Assembly (NCBI RefSeq): GCF_009914755.1
Contig: NC_060933.1
Source: the human T2T-CHM13v2.0 reference genome, Homo sapiens
Length of the DNA: 64,000 bases
Direction: 5' to 3' (one strand)
Shown piece by piece: positions 14,885 through 31,066 of this stretch; positions within the stretch are counted from its first letter, which is position 1; every line of letters begins with the position of its first letter. Made by a program: the position numbers and the translations under genes. Below the pieces are notes generated by a model. The model was given only the letters and a program-made list of their open reading frames with translations, searched no databases and was not told the DNA's origin.

Positions 14885-15120
14885 TTTAATCTAGGATCTG
14901 TTGCTTGCTGTGTGACCTTTGGCACAGTTACTAAACCTCTCTGTGTGTCAATTTCCCATCTATAAACAGGGATAATAAAAGCATCTCCTTTATTGGGTAC
15001 TTGTGAGGATTGAATGAGTTAAAACCAACTCTGTTGGTTGAGGCAGTCACCTGTCCAGACTCAAGAACACTTAGAAGGGTGGTTGGTATACAGTAAGTTT
15101 TATACATGTTTGCTGTTATT
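14885..15120 (+). mobile_element. MIR
   Basis: gctgtgtgacctttggcacagttactaaacctctctgtgtgtcaatttcccatctataaacagggataataa. Confidence 0.8.
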
Positions 15121-15307
15121 CCCTTAATTTTTGAATTTCTGAATTATAGAATTTCTAATACTCACACATAGTGTAAATAATATAAACAACAAAGGGTTTA
15201 AAATAAAAACAAAACTCATCATTCTTGTCTGGTCCCAACTCAGCTACAGTCTTGGTTTAGGTGTGATAACTGCTGTTTCTGTTTTTAGTTCTTCTAGTGG
15301 TTATTTT

Positions 15308-16215
15308 AGCAAATTACCCCCCAAAATTTAGTGGCTCAAAAATTTGTTTTATGGTGTTTTGGATTCTGTGGGTCAGGGATTCAGGCAGGGCTGGGCTGGG
15401 TGATTCTGCTGCTTTCGGTGTTGACTGAGGTCATTCCCTGGTACCCAGCTGGTGGATGTGCTGGTCCACTGGCTCCAAAAAGGCTTTGCTCCCATGACTA
15501 TTGCCTTAGTGGGAGTAGCTGGAATGCTGGGCTCAGCAATGACTGTTGAGCAGAGCACCTACACATGTTGACTTCATTTGTCTTCATGGCAACTACATGT
15601 CTTCATGGTGACTTCAGCATGGTGGCTCCAGGTAGTTGAACTTGTGTGGCAGCAGGCTTCCCTCATGTGTTACTAAGGGCTCTCCAGAGAAACATAACCA
15701 ATAGTGTGTGTGTGTGTGTGTGTATGTATATACACACACACAAGATTTTTAAAACAAGGAATTGACTTATTCAGTTTGGAGGCGGGCTAGTCCTAAATAC
15801 TGCATTGTGGGCCAACAGATGGAGACAAGGAGAGTCTAGAAGAAGACTGAAGGAGGTCTGCTGGAGAATTCCCTCCAGCTCAGGGAGGCCGGTCTTTTTG
15901 TTTAGTTCATACCTTTAGTTGTTTGCATGAGGCCCACCCACATTATGGAGGGCAGTCTCTTTTACCCATAGTTACCTGATTTAAATGTGAATCTCATCCA
16001 AAAACATCCTCCAAGTCAACACATAAAATTAACCATCATACCCTGCTACGAGCACCTTGGGTAAACCAGTTGGAAGCTTCATGGCCTTTTATGACATATT
16101 ATCAGAAGTTAATAACTTCCCTTTTGCCAAACTATTGGTTGTAGCACAAAACTTGCTCAGGCTCAAGCAGAGGGGACATCGACCTGCCACTTGATGGGAG
16201 TGTCAAAGAATTTGC
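15308..16215 (-). mobile_element. MaLR LTR (MLT1-type), split by MLT2
   Basis: aattaccccccaaaatttagtggctc...ttctgtgggtcagggattcaggcagggct. Confidence 0.65.
15666..16040 (-). mobile_element. ERVL LTR (MLT2-type)
   Basis: gggctctccagagaaacataaccaata...atgaggcccacccacattatggagggcag...acacataaaattaaccatca. Confidence 0.8.
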
Positions 16216-17241
16216 AGTATAAAATATACTGCCAGTCTATGCTTGAGTTCATAAATTTGACAGTGTCTGTTAACTTCCTGCTAAGGAAGAAGTGGAATTT
16301 ATATTCCCTCACACCTCTCTTTCCTCTTCTCTCTGCCTCCTGGTTTTTATTAGATATCTTATTATTTTTGCCTTATTATTTTTAGTTGTCTTCTTTTGGT
16401 TACCTTTCTGATTTAAAATAAAGCAGTCCATTCTTTACCAGGCCGTAGAGATATGGAAAACTCAGGTTTGTTGAAGGGTATGGTGTTGGGGAGGGACATG
16501 GCAGAAAAGCAGCTTCAAATGGTTGAGGCTTGACAATGAGGCTCTTGTTAAAACACTCCAGCCACTAAAAATGGGAATTGCCTATGAGTGTGTCCTCTTT
16601 GTGAGCCTAGCAGGTGGCATAATTTGACACTTTTTATTTTTTCTCTTTGGCTTTTAAACTCAGATACCTGTTTGCCTTTTTCTTCCCTACACTTAGCATT
16701 TAAATTATGAATGCTGGAAGCAAATGATATTTTCACCAATGAAGAATCTTATTACAGACACATGGTTGAGTTGAGTGTTTGTATGTGGATGTGCTGTCAG
16801 AAATAAGTGCTCTCTTGCTTTTTTCATTACCAAAGCAATCAGTTAATTGGAAACAGAGTGTCAGGAGCCCTGTAACTCTGTTGGAGGTGTTTTGGGTTTT
16901 TTCTTTTTTTGGATTCATTTAGTTAATACAATTGAGCAATGGGGCTTAGTTTAACTCTCAGAACACATAACTAATCCCTTTTTATAATTATCATCCAAGA
17001 AACATATAAGAACCTCTAGTCTTGTTGGTTTGCATTCATTGTATATTGCAGATATAACCTCTTTTGATATTTGTCTTACTAATAAAATTTGACTTGGTTA
17101 GTGGCAAGAATGTAAATTTGTGTTTGATATCTGCATAATATTTTTGGCTAAATTTTTTCAGATTTCTGTTGTTAATTCTGACTGGTTCACCCTTTGACCT
17201 TGGGAAAAAATAGAACAAAAGCAATTAGAACAAAAGTAGAT

Positions 17242-17758
<517 letters not shown>

Positions 17759-17929
17759 ATTCATCTCAATAGAGCTGCTTTTTCCTCTAAAAATAATAGC
17801 TTCAGGGTAGCCCTTTTTAGGGGATGGGATTATCCCTGTTATGAGATGGTTCAGCTCACTTTTCTGCCAAATACTCCCTCATCTCCTTTACCCAAATGGA
17901 GCCACAGACCAATCTGACCATCTTGGTGT

Positions 17930-18475
17930 CATATCCCCTTCTAGTCACAACTCTTGCCCCGAGGGTATCCTTACTTCTAATATCATAGATCAATTTAGTC
18001 AGTTTTTGAACTTTATGTACCTGAGATCACAGAGCATGTACTCTTTCGTGTCTAGCTTCTCTCCATGTTATATTTGTGAGATTGATCCATGTTGTATGTG
18101 GTTATGGGTTCATGCTCATTGCTGTATAGTGTTCCATCATGTGAATATACTGCTGTTCATCCTGTTGTCCATGAACGTTAGGTTTCTAGTTTTGGACCAG
18201 TATGAACAGTACTGTCATGAATGATTTTGTATGTATTTTCTGGTGAATATAGGTACACATTTAAGTTAGATATATATCTAGGAGTGCAATTTTTGGGCCA
18301 TGCAGTTCAACTGGAGTAGGTACCGTCAGAGTGGTTTTATCAAGCGGTATTCCCAGCAGTGGTGTATGAGTTTCAGTTGCACCACAGTGCTTGTTATTGT
18401 CTGTTGTCTTATTTTAGCTAATCTGGTAAACGTGTGTTATTGATTCCCTAGATGACTAATGAAGATGAACACCTC
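17930..18475 (-). mobile_element. Old L1 (L1ME-like) fragment
   Basis: tatttgtgagattgatccatgttgtatgtg...cattgctgtatagtgttccatcatgtgaatatac. Confidence 0.75.
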
Positions 18476-18534
18476 AAAAAGGGTTCATACTTTTTATTTT
18501 ATTGCATAGCAAAGTAGAAAAACAAAGCCAGTTT

Positions 18535-18880
<346 letters not shown>

Positions 18881-20467
18881 TTAACCACTCTAGCTTTTCT
18901 GTTTCTCTACACATTTATTGTGTTTTTTTGTTTTAGTTTTATGAGAGATGTATTTCAAGGAATTTACTTCTAATAAAAATTTAAAGAACAGAAGTTTATG
19001 GATAACTCTACTAGTTCTGAGAATTAAGGTATTTAAAGGATGAAACTGCTCATACTGTATTACTCTTTCAACTTTTCTAATTTGTTAACTCAGTCTATTT
19101 ATTTTTGCCTTTCACTTTGACATTTTTATAGGAGAATTTGAATCATGTTCTATAGTTTCCAGGAATTAAATTTCCACATAAATGTAAAAGAAAACTTGAG
19201 ATCCTGATGCACCATTTTTTAAAGGGTTTTAAAAAGGGGAATTGTTAACGTAGGGATAAGCTATATATTGTGAGGCTTCGATGGCAGTGCTGTTAAGTTC
19301 TTGTCACTTCTTAGCAAATGAAATGCATAGTTTCAAGGAAACCTCACGTGTGGTTTGATGTGTTTGAGTTCGTTTTGATTTATTTCCTGTTGACATTTTG
19401 AGATTTCTTCCTTTAGCTTTTATTCTGGGCACCTATTTTATCCTCTCAGTTGTTTCTTTTTAAGACCTGTATGCCTCTTTAGGAATCCAACATGCAGCTG
19501 TCATCTAGCTTTGTACTTCTGTGCATATATTCCATCTTCCCTTAAATATTATTGGTGTATTGCTGATCAGGGGACAGACACAAGGTGGTCTTAAATATCT
19601 GTAAGGTACTTACAGGTGTTGTTTGGCCTCTTGGTGGCAAGACTATGTCCTGGGTCAGATTATCTAAAGGGTTTTTGGAGAATTCAGGCTTTTGACCTTG
19701 GAGGCAGAATAAGATTTCTCTGCCTCCAGAGACACCAAACTTTTAACTCCTTTTGGAGTTATACTTCAGGAGTAGGAGGAAAGTTTGCTGAATTCCTATC
19801 AAGAAAAGGTGGTTGAGAGACATGATTGAAGATTGCTTAATTCATCACAGTTTCTCAGCTCTGGCATGAAACAGTTGGGAGAAGCGATTCAAATAACTGC
19901 TGATGAAAGTTGTATATTATTTTTCCTTTTTTGAAGTTTAGGGAATTCAGGGCTAGCTCCCAAATGAGATCATGTGAACTTAGTGATGTTCTTTCTGGTG
20001 GGTCTTTATTAGAGTCAGTGGGGAGGGAAGGGGAGCGGTTTTGGCTGTAGAGTGGGATCTGAAAATTGTTCATAATGCTGGGAATGACAGAAATGTGGGT
20101 GCGAAGTGCAGTGCAGAGACACTGGCTTGAGGAATAGCAAGGCCTTTTATGATGGGCCCAGGTGGGAGGGGAGTTACTAGGTTATACTTCATAGGCATTC
20201 AAAAATACTTGTTGAATGAATATGGATCATTTTATCAGTAGCATACTAAGGCTGTCAGATCTGCATGAAGCTATTGATTCACTAGTTATCATTATAGTGG
20301 CTTAGCAGCCCGCTGGGGGGTACCTGTCCTTCAGGTGATTAGGAATTTCATGCCTCCATCAGTGTAAGTTTGAACACTTGGGTTACGAAGAAATTTGTCC
20401 TAATGAGGTTTGGCCCCAGATGCCCTGCCAGGTGTGCATCTGAGTGTGGTTTCTATTCTTCATCACC

Positions 20468-20471
<4 letters not shown>

Positions 20472-20499
<28 letters not shown>
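20472..20499. repeat. (CA)n microsatellite
   Basis: Direct reading. Confidence 0.95.
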
Positions 20500-20501
<2 letters not shown>

Positions 20502-20574
20502 CCGTCTTGTGTTTTTTGGTGGGCTCAGAGCCACGAGGGAGCTATTAGTTATCCTTCCAAAATTCAGCAAGCTG

Positions 20575-20874
20575 TTTGTGTTTGTTTTTGTTTTTGTTTT
20601 GAGACGGAGTCTCGCTCTGTCACCCAGGCTGGAGTGCAGTGGCGTGATCTCAGCTACTGCAACTTCCGACGGTTCAAGCAGTTCTCCTGCCTCAGCCTCC
20701 CAAGTAGTTGGGAGTACAGGCATGCACCACCATGCCTAGCTAATTTTTGTAGTTTGAGTAGAGACAGGGTTTCACCATGTTGGCCAGGATGGTCTCGATT
20801 TCCTGGCCTCATGATCTGCCTGCCTCGGCCTTCCAAAGTGCTAGGATCACAGGCGTGAGCCACTGCGGCCCGGC
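20575..20874 (-). mobile_element. AluS
   Basis: Reverse Alu with (TTTTTG)n tail; TSD GCAAGCTGT. Confidence 0.93.
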
Positions 20875-21211
20875 TGCAAGCTGTGTTTTGTCCGGACGGT
20901 TTCGATTAGTTTTTAGGCTAATAAAGAACACTGTTTCTTTTTGTTTCTTTTTTAGGTTTATTTTAGCCAACCTGAGGAAACAAAAGCCTACTGTTAGGAT
21001 ATTCATGGGAAAATAGGGAAGCCTTTTTTTTCCTTTAGTGAAATCCTATGTGCCTATAGAGCTTTTTCACACTTTCTAGAGAAGGTAAGCATCTCTTCCT
21101 GAGAAAGAGTGGGGATAATATGTCTGGGCTCAATTCTGCCTGTTGTAGGGAAGGGTGTGCCGGTGGGTCACCTTTTGAGGTTAAGAACGAGTAATAAGAC
21201 CTTGAGGATTC

Positions 21212-21509
21212 TTTTTTTTTTTTTTTTTGAGACAGAGTCTCGCTCTGTCACCCAGGTTGGAGTAAAGTGGCGTGATCTCGGCTCACTGGACCCTCCGCCT
21301 CCCAGGTTCAAGTAGTTCTCCCGCCTCAGCCTCCCAAGTAGCTGGAATTACGGAGTCCCCCACCATGCCTCGCTAATTTTTGTATTTTTAGTAGAGATGG
21401 AGTTTCACATTATTGGCCGGGCTGGTCTTGAACTCCTGACCTCAAGTGATCCACCTGCCTCAGCCTTCCAGAGTGCTGGGATTACAGGCATGAGCCACCT
21501 TGCCCGGCC
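21212..21509 (-). mobile_element. AluS
   Basis: Reverse Alu; TSD ACCTTGAGG. Confidence 0.95.
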
Positions 21510-22361
21510 AACCTTGAGGGTTCTTAGCCATCCCCAAATGATCTGATAAAGTAGCCTTAGTACTGTGGAAAAAAGTGTCACTCTTTCCTGCTCTGTCAAC
21601 TTTGATAGCAAAAGGAGGAAACACTGCTAAAGGGGCTTGAAGTTTATATAGTTTGTGAATCATTTTCTTGGGAACTTTTCAAAAGAAGTGTTGTAAACCT
21701 CTGACCTCACATCCAGTTTGACCAGATAACTGTGCTTACCTGTTGAGGCCCATCTGATTTGAGTCCTGGCTTAAAGCGGTTGTTCACATGTTGAAGTCTG
21801 TATTTAAGCTCCGCTCCCAGGCTGGGTTGTGTCATCCCGAGCCTCCCCTTCTCCCTCCTTGACCCCCAGTGGCCCAGGGCAGTTTTTACTTTACCGTTTC
21901 TTCCTGGCTTTTTACCTATACTTTTCGGCCAGACACTTCAAGGGGATCTGATTCGATGTAGGGGAGGGGTTCGGAGCATGGGTTCTAGAATCGAAACTCT
22001 ACTATTTCCTGCGAGGTGTATGTTTTCTTTGCTTCTTTGTGTTTGGAAAGAAATATTGATATTGTCATTCCGTGGTGTTTAAGTGTGTAAAGAGGAGGAG
22101 CTGGGAGGAAGATGAAGGAAGACCTAGGATGTAGTATTTCCTGACTATAAAACTCCCTAGGAAAAGTCCTCAAAGAGCCACCTTGTTTACTTTAGGCTAG
22201 AGGAGCGGAGAAAGGGCGGTGACCCTGTATGACATACAGTGAACAAGAGAGGTGGAACTCTGGCAGGAAGTAAAGGGTAGAGGCAGGCTCAGGGACCCAA
22301 GTCTTGTAGGAAACCACAACTCCATGAAGCCTATATGGAGTTTCTTAGCATTGTCTTTAAA

Positions 22362-22657
<296 letters not shown>

Positions 22658-23409
22658 GTGTCTTTCAACTTTTACTAGGCACCTTATAATTGTGTCTTTT
22701 CCCCCAAAGCCCGCTCTCACGACAGCCTCTGGATATCAAGATCTGTCAGCCTTAACTTAGTAAGTGTTCTGAGTTTCTCTGAACTTCCAACTTCTCAGGA
22801 TCTGCCACAAATTTGCAAAAGGTGGTGTTGAATATTTTTCCTTCAGAAATTAAGTTTTTAATTCTTGTATATTTTCATAGGAGTAGCTATGAGAGGAGTC
22901 TTAACTTTGGGTATTGTTTTTCTTTGGCTTCTAGAGAAAAGTTTGAGAGGTCTAGTGATTTTCATTAAGTTCTTTTTTAAGCAATCATTTGTGAAACTAT
23001 TCACATCCTCAGATCTTGGTAAGATTTCCATGCAGAGCCTAATACTGAAAAGCTAAAGAAGAACCTGGACTTTTTGGAATGATTTCGACCTCTCATAAAA
23101 TCCCAGACAATTACATTTCCTTATTTTGCCAGGAGACTGGTATGCCAGTTAAGTTTATAACCTCGATCCTTGTTTTATCCTCCATCAGTTAGAGATTAAT
23201 TACATGCCTTTGGAATGGTGAGCTGTTGAGCCTTGTCGTCTTTGAACCTACTATTGTTCTCAATAAGGTCTTCTAAAGGTCAGACAAACAAGTCATTTAG
23301 ATTTTTCTCCTCCCCTTAAAGCATGCATTTATAAGGCAAAAACTTAATGATCATTCATTCCATTCCATTGATCATTAAAACAGCTTTAAAAATGAAGTGG
23401 TTTCATTAC

Positions 23410-24055
23410 TCATATTAGTCTAGTTATGCTCAGTGACTTAAAACAATACATTTTAATTTCTAGACTTAATGAGCCACTCCACTCTGGGACATACTTATGG
23501 CAGAGGGTAAGAAAAGAAATGACCATAGCCGGGTGCGGTGGCTCACACCTGTAATCCCAGCACTTTGGGAGGCTGAGGTGGATAGATCGCTTGAGCCCAG
23601 GAATTCAAGACTAGTCTGGGCAACATGGCAAAACCCCATCTCTACAAAAAATACAAAAATTAGCCGTGTGTGGTAGCACGCCCCTGTAGTCCCGGCTACC
23701 TGGGAGGTGGAGGTGGGAGGATCACCTCAGCCTGGGGAGGTTAAGGCTGTAGTGAGCTGTGATCATACCACTGCACTCCAGCCTGCTTGGTAGAGTGAGA
23801 CCCTGTCTCAAAAAAATAAATAAAAATTAAAAAGGAAGTGACCAGTTCATTCATAGTTATTAACACTTCTGCTTGTGTGTCACTTCTACTCGCCTTCACT
23901 TGGCTGAAGAAAGTCATATGGCCAGGCCTGCCAGCAATGTGGTAGAGAAGTGTGGTTAATTCTTCCATCTGGAGATGCTATAAGTCACGTGACAATGGGG
24001 GATATAATCCTCTTTCAGGGAGGTTAGCGAATAATTGAAAACAATATAATCTAAC
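23410..24055 (-). mobile_element. MaLR LTR (MLT1-type) split by Alu
   Basis: tattagtctagttatgct...cacttggctgaagaaagtcatatggccaggcctg. Confidence 0.5.
23527..23832 (+). mobile_element. AluJb-like
   Basis: Full Alu dimer with A-rich tail. Confidence 0.95.
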
Positions 24056-24980
24056 ATAATGGAAGACTATATTTAACTCAAAAAATTTAATGGCCTGTGT
24101 TCTGATTCAGAAATAGTTTTTAGAATTGGTTAAATCTGCACTTTGGGTTTTATTTTGAAAAGATTATGCCTCAGAAATCTGCCTAGATATGGAAAACAGG
24201 GTCTAGTTTTTGGACAGGACTGATTAATCTTTTATGAATTGGAGAGCTGTACCAACAACTTGGTAACTTTCCATTAGTTGTTTCCCATGGCTCCAGATCT
24301 GTATTTTAATCAAGAAGTTACACTTCTTCCTCTCTTGACTTTTATATCTTGATTTTGCATGCATTGTTAGTATCCTATTGGTCAGATGATTTTTGTTTAA
24401 TTGCCTGATTTAATATGGTTTTGGCAGCCAATTAACAGTGGATGCTACTGTCAAGAGAAGGGTAGAGATGGGGCCTTTTGACAGAAATAAAATTTATTAA
24501 GGCCTCATCAGTCTGTCTTGGTATTTTTCTTTCAAAAATGAAACTGATGAACTGTTGCTGATGTTCTTACTAGGAAATTTCTGTCTTATATAAAAGATAT
24601 GAAATCGGAATTCTTTGAAGCAAGATGACAAAATAAAGTCATACATTGCTGTGAGGAACAGAACGTTTGTGCCTCAATTGGTTATTCACCATCTACATGT
24701 TGAGATTCTTTTTGTGGGGGATCTTGGCCATTTCTGCATGTTCACCCTCACACTCCTTTTTATGAGGTGTGGGGGCCATCTACTTAGGCAAGAGTCTTAG
24801 GTAGCTTCTGTAATTTTTATGAGAAAGCTGAAGTCTCTTCTGCTTGGTTGACTTTTAAAAAGTAGGTGCACCAAGCCTCAGCTGGTGTCAGACTGCTGCA
24901 CTTGGGGTTCTTCCTGAGCTCTTAACCTGCTTCCAGCTCTTAGTGAAAACTTGTTTTTGGGAGATGGTGTTCATTCATGA

Positions 24981-25436
<456 letters not shown>

Positions 25437-26464
25437 TGATCCCTTTTGCCTCTCTCAGTGGCCCTTTTTTGGAGAACTGTTAGAAAAGTTGCTGTAGGCC
25501 TTGGTATTAGAAAATGTTGGCACATTTCTTGGGAAAATGTTTGATTTGTTGAATAATGTAAATATTGTAAGAGATTGTGATTTCCTCATTGCTTTGACCA
25601 AATTTATATCCCACTGTTAAAAAGAAATGGAGAATTTCATGATGGTTATTTACTAATTTAGGTCTCATTTTACGATTCTGTTTTCCCTTTTGCTGAATTT
25701 ATTTATTTTTAAATTAAAGGTAAATATAGTTACATCTAGTTTTGAAAGATGCCGCAAGTGTTTTTGGACCAAGGTTGGGTACAGATACATATATCGTGGT
25801 TCCTTCATGCAGTTGAAAGTTTTAAGAGGACTCTGTGTGGGGGAGTGCACATACACACAGCTGGATAGCACTCCTAACGCTCCTTTCTGTGCTCACTCCG
25901 TCTCTTTCATGGTTTTCACAAGCAGAGCATATGCTCTGTGGCATACTGGGGGTACTCAGTACTCTGTCTCAGTGCTGAGACTTGGAGAAAGGCATTCTTT
26001 TTGAGCCCTTTTGCTCATGAGGAAGGGGGTCCTGGTGTACCCCAGGGTTTGTTCTCCAGGCCTGGGACCCACAGTGGGGTTGAACTGGCAGAAGGCAAAG
26101 ACCATAATGGTTACTTCTGCAGGGACAGATCTGGAAGGGACTTCATGCTGACTTTTGGGTTTTTAAGTTGGTATTTTCTGATGAGTGACTTTGGTATCTC
26201 ATAGAATTCTGTAAACTCTAATGCACTCCTTAAGCTTAGCAATGTGTGCCTGCCTGTGCTCTCCTGACCACCAGCCTCTGACCTACCCTGGTTTTCACTT
26301 CATTACTCCTCCCTTGGTGCTGACAGCTCATGGGAATTAAGCCAGAATTGGCCCAAAAGCTAAATGCCTGCACTGCTGAGCTGTGGTTTCCCATGAAAAT
26401 GCCTTCCCTGAGTTAATGTTAGCCTTTTGCTTGTATTGATGGATAATGCAAAACATGATCATCT

Positions 26465-27500
26465 GTAAGGTCTCAGTTCTTGATCTCTTTTCTGTAGACA
26501 CTCATTCTCGTGGTGACCTCATCTTCTCTCATGGCTTTAAGTGTGGTTGATATTCCAATCATTATCACATTTAGGTCTCCAGCTCTGACTTTTTTCTCCA
26601 GTTCCACTCTGTAAGGCCCAACTCCTTCCCCAGTATCTACACCCGAGTGTGTGGTGGCCACCTCAAATTCAACGTCACCCAAACAGAATTTCTTATTTCC
26701 CCCAAACTCCTTCTCCCCACAGACTTCTAGTGGTAAAACCCCTAAACTTTGTAATCATCTTCACTCCCCTATCTCATACACCCTACCTTTAATTCAGTAG
26801 CAAATCCTGTTTCACCTTCAAATATATGTAGAATCTGCATCGTCCTCCCTCTTTCCACTGCCACCATCCTCTCTCACCTCAATTACTGCACTAGCCTGAT
26901 ACCTGGACTCTCTGCTTCCCTTGCAATCCATTCTCAACAGCCATCTTTTAAAAACAAAAGTCACATTGTGGCACTGCGTAGACTCTCTGTTGGCTCCTTG
27001 TTTCTATGGGAGGAAAAGTTTTTACAGTGAACTCCATGGCTGTCCTTGCCCGGTCCCTTGTTATTCTGTAGCCTCTCCTGTGCTCGCCCCCACCTCTGCT
27101 CTTCCACAGGTGTCCCTTTTGCCTCCCTTAGGGCCTTTGCACTGGCTCCTTCCTGGGGCTGGAGTGCTCTGTCCTCACCTCAGTGAGGTCCTTGCTCAGA
27201 TGTCACCATGTCAGTGCTGTGATTATTCAGAGTTATAACCTGTCTTCTCCTGGCACTCCAGGTCTCTCTTAATCCGCTTGGCCTCTTCTTTTTTTTTTTC
27301 CATATCAAAAATTAACCAGTATTATTATGGAATTTACCTATTATATTTATTGTTTATTTTCAGCATATCCCAGTAGAATACGGGCTTTTCCAGGGCAGGA
27401 ACCTTTAGCTGGTTTGCTGGTTGGTGGTACATCAAGCTCCTAGAACGGAACTGGAAACGCAGAAGACACTTAAATAGGTATTTGCTGTTAAATGAGCTGC
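26465..27500 (+). mobile_element. L2 LINE (ORF2 remnant to 3' end)
   Basis: ggtgacctcatcttctctcatggctttaa...cacctcaaattcaacgtcacccaaacagaa...agggcctttgcactggct. Confidence 0.8.
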
Positions 27501-27852
27501 TGATAAGGATTTACTATGCTGTTCAGAACCCATTATGTGAGGAAATATATATTTCAGTTCACTGTTAGGAAAACGTTTATTTCCTTGATGAACAGGGACT
27601 CCCAGCTTACCTGATTCCCTCTTCTGCTTTGGCTACCAGGATGCCAGGAACTAAGTGTCATGCTCAGTTGTGAAAGTGATTGGCTTCAACTTGCTGGTGA
27701 AGTAATACAACCCTTCCCTTCCTTTCCCTTTTCCCCAGCCTTTACTTGATTAAGTCGTTCTGTAGTTTTTTGTTGTTTTTTTTTTCTTGACAATAACTCT
27801 GCCTTTTATTGTTTGACTTTTCAAGTAACTTTTTGGAGTGTATGGTGTATAA

Positions 27853-28287
<435 letters not shown>

Positions 28288-28454
28288 TCGTTACTGGTTT
28301 TGATCAGTGTTCTGAAATAGTAATTTTGGGTATGCTGTCTCTCTACAGGCTTCTGTTTGATTGAATTTCACTTATACAGGTATTAACATGCTTGTAAACT
28401 ACTATTGTCTATTGCTTTATTGCTTTGGTTAGTCAATCCCAAACTCTTGCTGCC

Positions 28455-28767
28455 TTTTTTTTTTTTTTTTTTTTTTTGAGGCAGAGTCTCACTCTGTCAC
28501 CCAGGCTGGAGAGCACTGGCTCACTGCACCAATCTCAGCTCACTGCAACCTCCGCCTCCTGGGTTCAAGCCATTCTCCTGCCTCAGCCTCCCAAGTAGCT
28601 GGGACTACAGGCATGCGCCACCACACCTGGCTAATTTTTATATTTTTAGTAGAGACGGGGTTTTGCCATGTTGGCCAGGCTGGTCTCAAACTCCTGCCCT
28701 CAGGTAATCCACCCACCTTGGCCTCCCAAAGTGCTGGGATTACAGGCGTGAGCTACTGCTCCCAGCC
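28455..28767 (-). mobile_element. AluS with small internal duplication
   Basis: Reverse Alu; gctcactgca repeated at ~28519 and ~28538; TSD AACTCTTGCT. Confidence 0.93.
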
Positions 28768-28798
28768 AACTCTTGCTTCTTAAACCCAAGGACCCTGA

Positions 28799-29121
<323 letters not shown>

Positions 29122-29905
29122 AGGCATACAAAAAGCCGTAGAATTTCATATTTCTGAGCTGGCCAGATTTGTCAATGGCTCTAATAAGTGTTGCATTTTT
29201 ATTTAAGGAGGCATGTGGTGATGTTAGCCCTGTGATATAGGAGAATAAGCAGCAAAGGTTGGGCTGGTTTCCCTGCTCCCCTGGCTGCTGTTTCTCCATT
29301 AGAACTGGAATTGGGGATTTCACAAGGACCTCTTGGAAAACTTCACAGTTAGTTTTAAAAAAAAATGCATTTGTCACGCAGAGGATCAATATTTTTCTAA
29401 AATTTCTAAAATAAAGGATCAGTTTGTTTCTGAAATTTGGTTACCTGAAGCCATTGACAAATTAGTTGTTTCTTATTCAGGTTGCTTTTAATTGAGTTGT
29501 GCATGCAAACCCACATGTATCCCTCTCTGCCTCTGAGGAGAATGGGGCCTTTCTTGGAGAACACAAAAGTAGGAATTCTGATTTTATTTTGTGATCTTAG
29601 TCACTTTACAATTATAAAAATTTTGGAGCTAATGAGAAACCTGAAAAATTCTGAAGTCTTCAAGGAGTGTGATCCTGGTGCTGTCTCTCAGGCATTTCTC
29701 CCAGAGAACGGGACGGCAGAGCAATGACTGTTCCCCAGCCCACAGGTAGGAGCTGGTGGGCAGCACCAGCAGCAGTAGACCTAGAAGTCTTAGACTTAGA
29801 TGTGATTTGAAATATGGCTTTTATTATGGGAGCAGCACACATAAGACCATCATTGGTTCTCATATGGGAAAAACCCTTGAATATTGGCTCTAGGACAGAT
29901 TTTAA

Positions 29906-30047
29906 GGCTGGGTGTGGTGGCTCGTGCCTATAATCCCAACACTTTGGGAGGCCGAGGCTGGAGGATTGCTTGAGGCCATGAATTCAAGACCAGTCTGGGC
30001 AACCTAGCAAGACCCTTTCTGTACAAAAAAATAAAAATTACAAAAAA
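29906..30047 (+). mobile_element. Alu left monomer (FLAM-like)
   Basis: Single monomer plus A tail. Confidence 0.88.
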
Positions 30048-30754
30048 TTATTTAAATGAAATTTAGCAATGTTTTATGTACGTGTCTTCTCATACTTCAA
30101 AAAGTCAAGTTGTTCTACAAAACCGTCCATGAAAACAGTAGCTTTCTGCCCTGCTTTTCCCACCTGATTCCCTCTCCTCAGAGGAATCTCTCATCTATCT
30201 TCTGATGTTGAACCATAAGAAAATGCTGATATTTGACTGCTTTAGACCTGTGAAAATGACTGTATCTTGAGAAAGCATGCTTATCATGTCATTTCTTGAT
30301 TTTTTTAAATTCAATTTTGGATATTTACTTTCCTCACACTGTGGAAGATGAAGATATAACTCTTATGACTTCCCCCAACACGTCTCTTCTCCCACTGTAA
30401 TATTAATATGATTTTTGTTTGATTAATATATAATGTTTATAGTATTATTTAGACTGGAAATAATTCACAGCCAAGACATGTAATTTAAATATTTCCTTCC
30501 TCATACAGCTTTTGCCCACCCAGAGTTAATCATTGTTTTGAGTGCTTGTTTTAAGTACCTGTCACTGACTCATTCCCAAACTGAAGCCTAACCTTCCTTT
30601 CTGTGTGTTTGCACACCTCAGGGTAGCTGTCCATTCATCCTTTCTTCCTGAAGGTGTCCCTTCTGAAGTTTCCAGGCCGTTCTGTACCTTCTCTCTGTTT
30701 CTCTTCCCTGGATACTATGGTATCCTCCTCCTTTGTGGTTTCTTTTGGTCTCTG

Positions 30755-31066
30755 GTTTTTGTGTGTTTTTTGTTTGTTTGTTTGTTTGTTTGTTTTTGAA
30801 ATGGAGTTTCACTCTTGTCGCCCTGGCTGGAGTGCAGTGGCGCGATCTTGGCTCGCGGCAGCCTACGCCACCCAGTTTGAAGTGAATCCCTCAAGTAGCT
30901 GGGATTACAGGCAGGCGCCAACACACCCAGCTAATTATGTATTTTTGGTAGAGATGGGGTTTCACTATGTTGGCCAGGCTAGTCTTGAACTCCTGACCTC
31001 AGGTGATCTGCCCACCTCTGCCTCGCAGAGTGCTGGAATTACAGGTGTAAGCCACTACACTCGGCT
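30755..31066 (-). mobile_element. AluS with internal deletion
   Basis: Reverse Alu with (TTTG)n tail. Confidence 0.9.

Noticed and set aside
15704-15742. (TG)n-TATA-(CA)n hairpin as a miRNA precursor
   Set aside because: Low-complexity microsatellite typical of this position in MLT2 LTRs.
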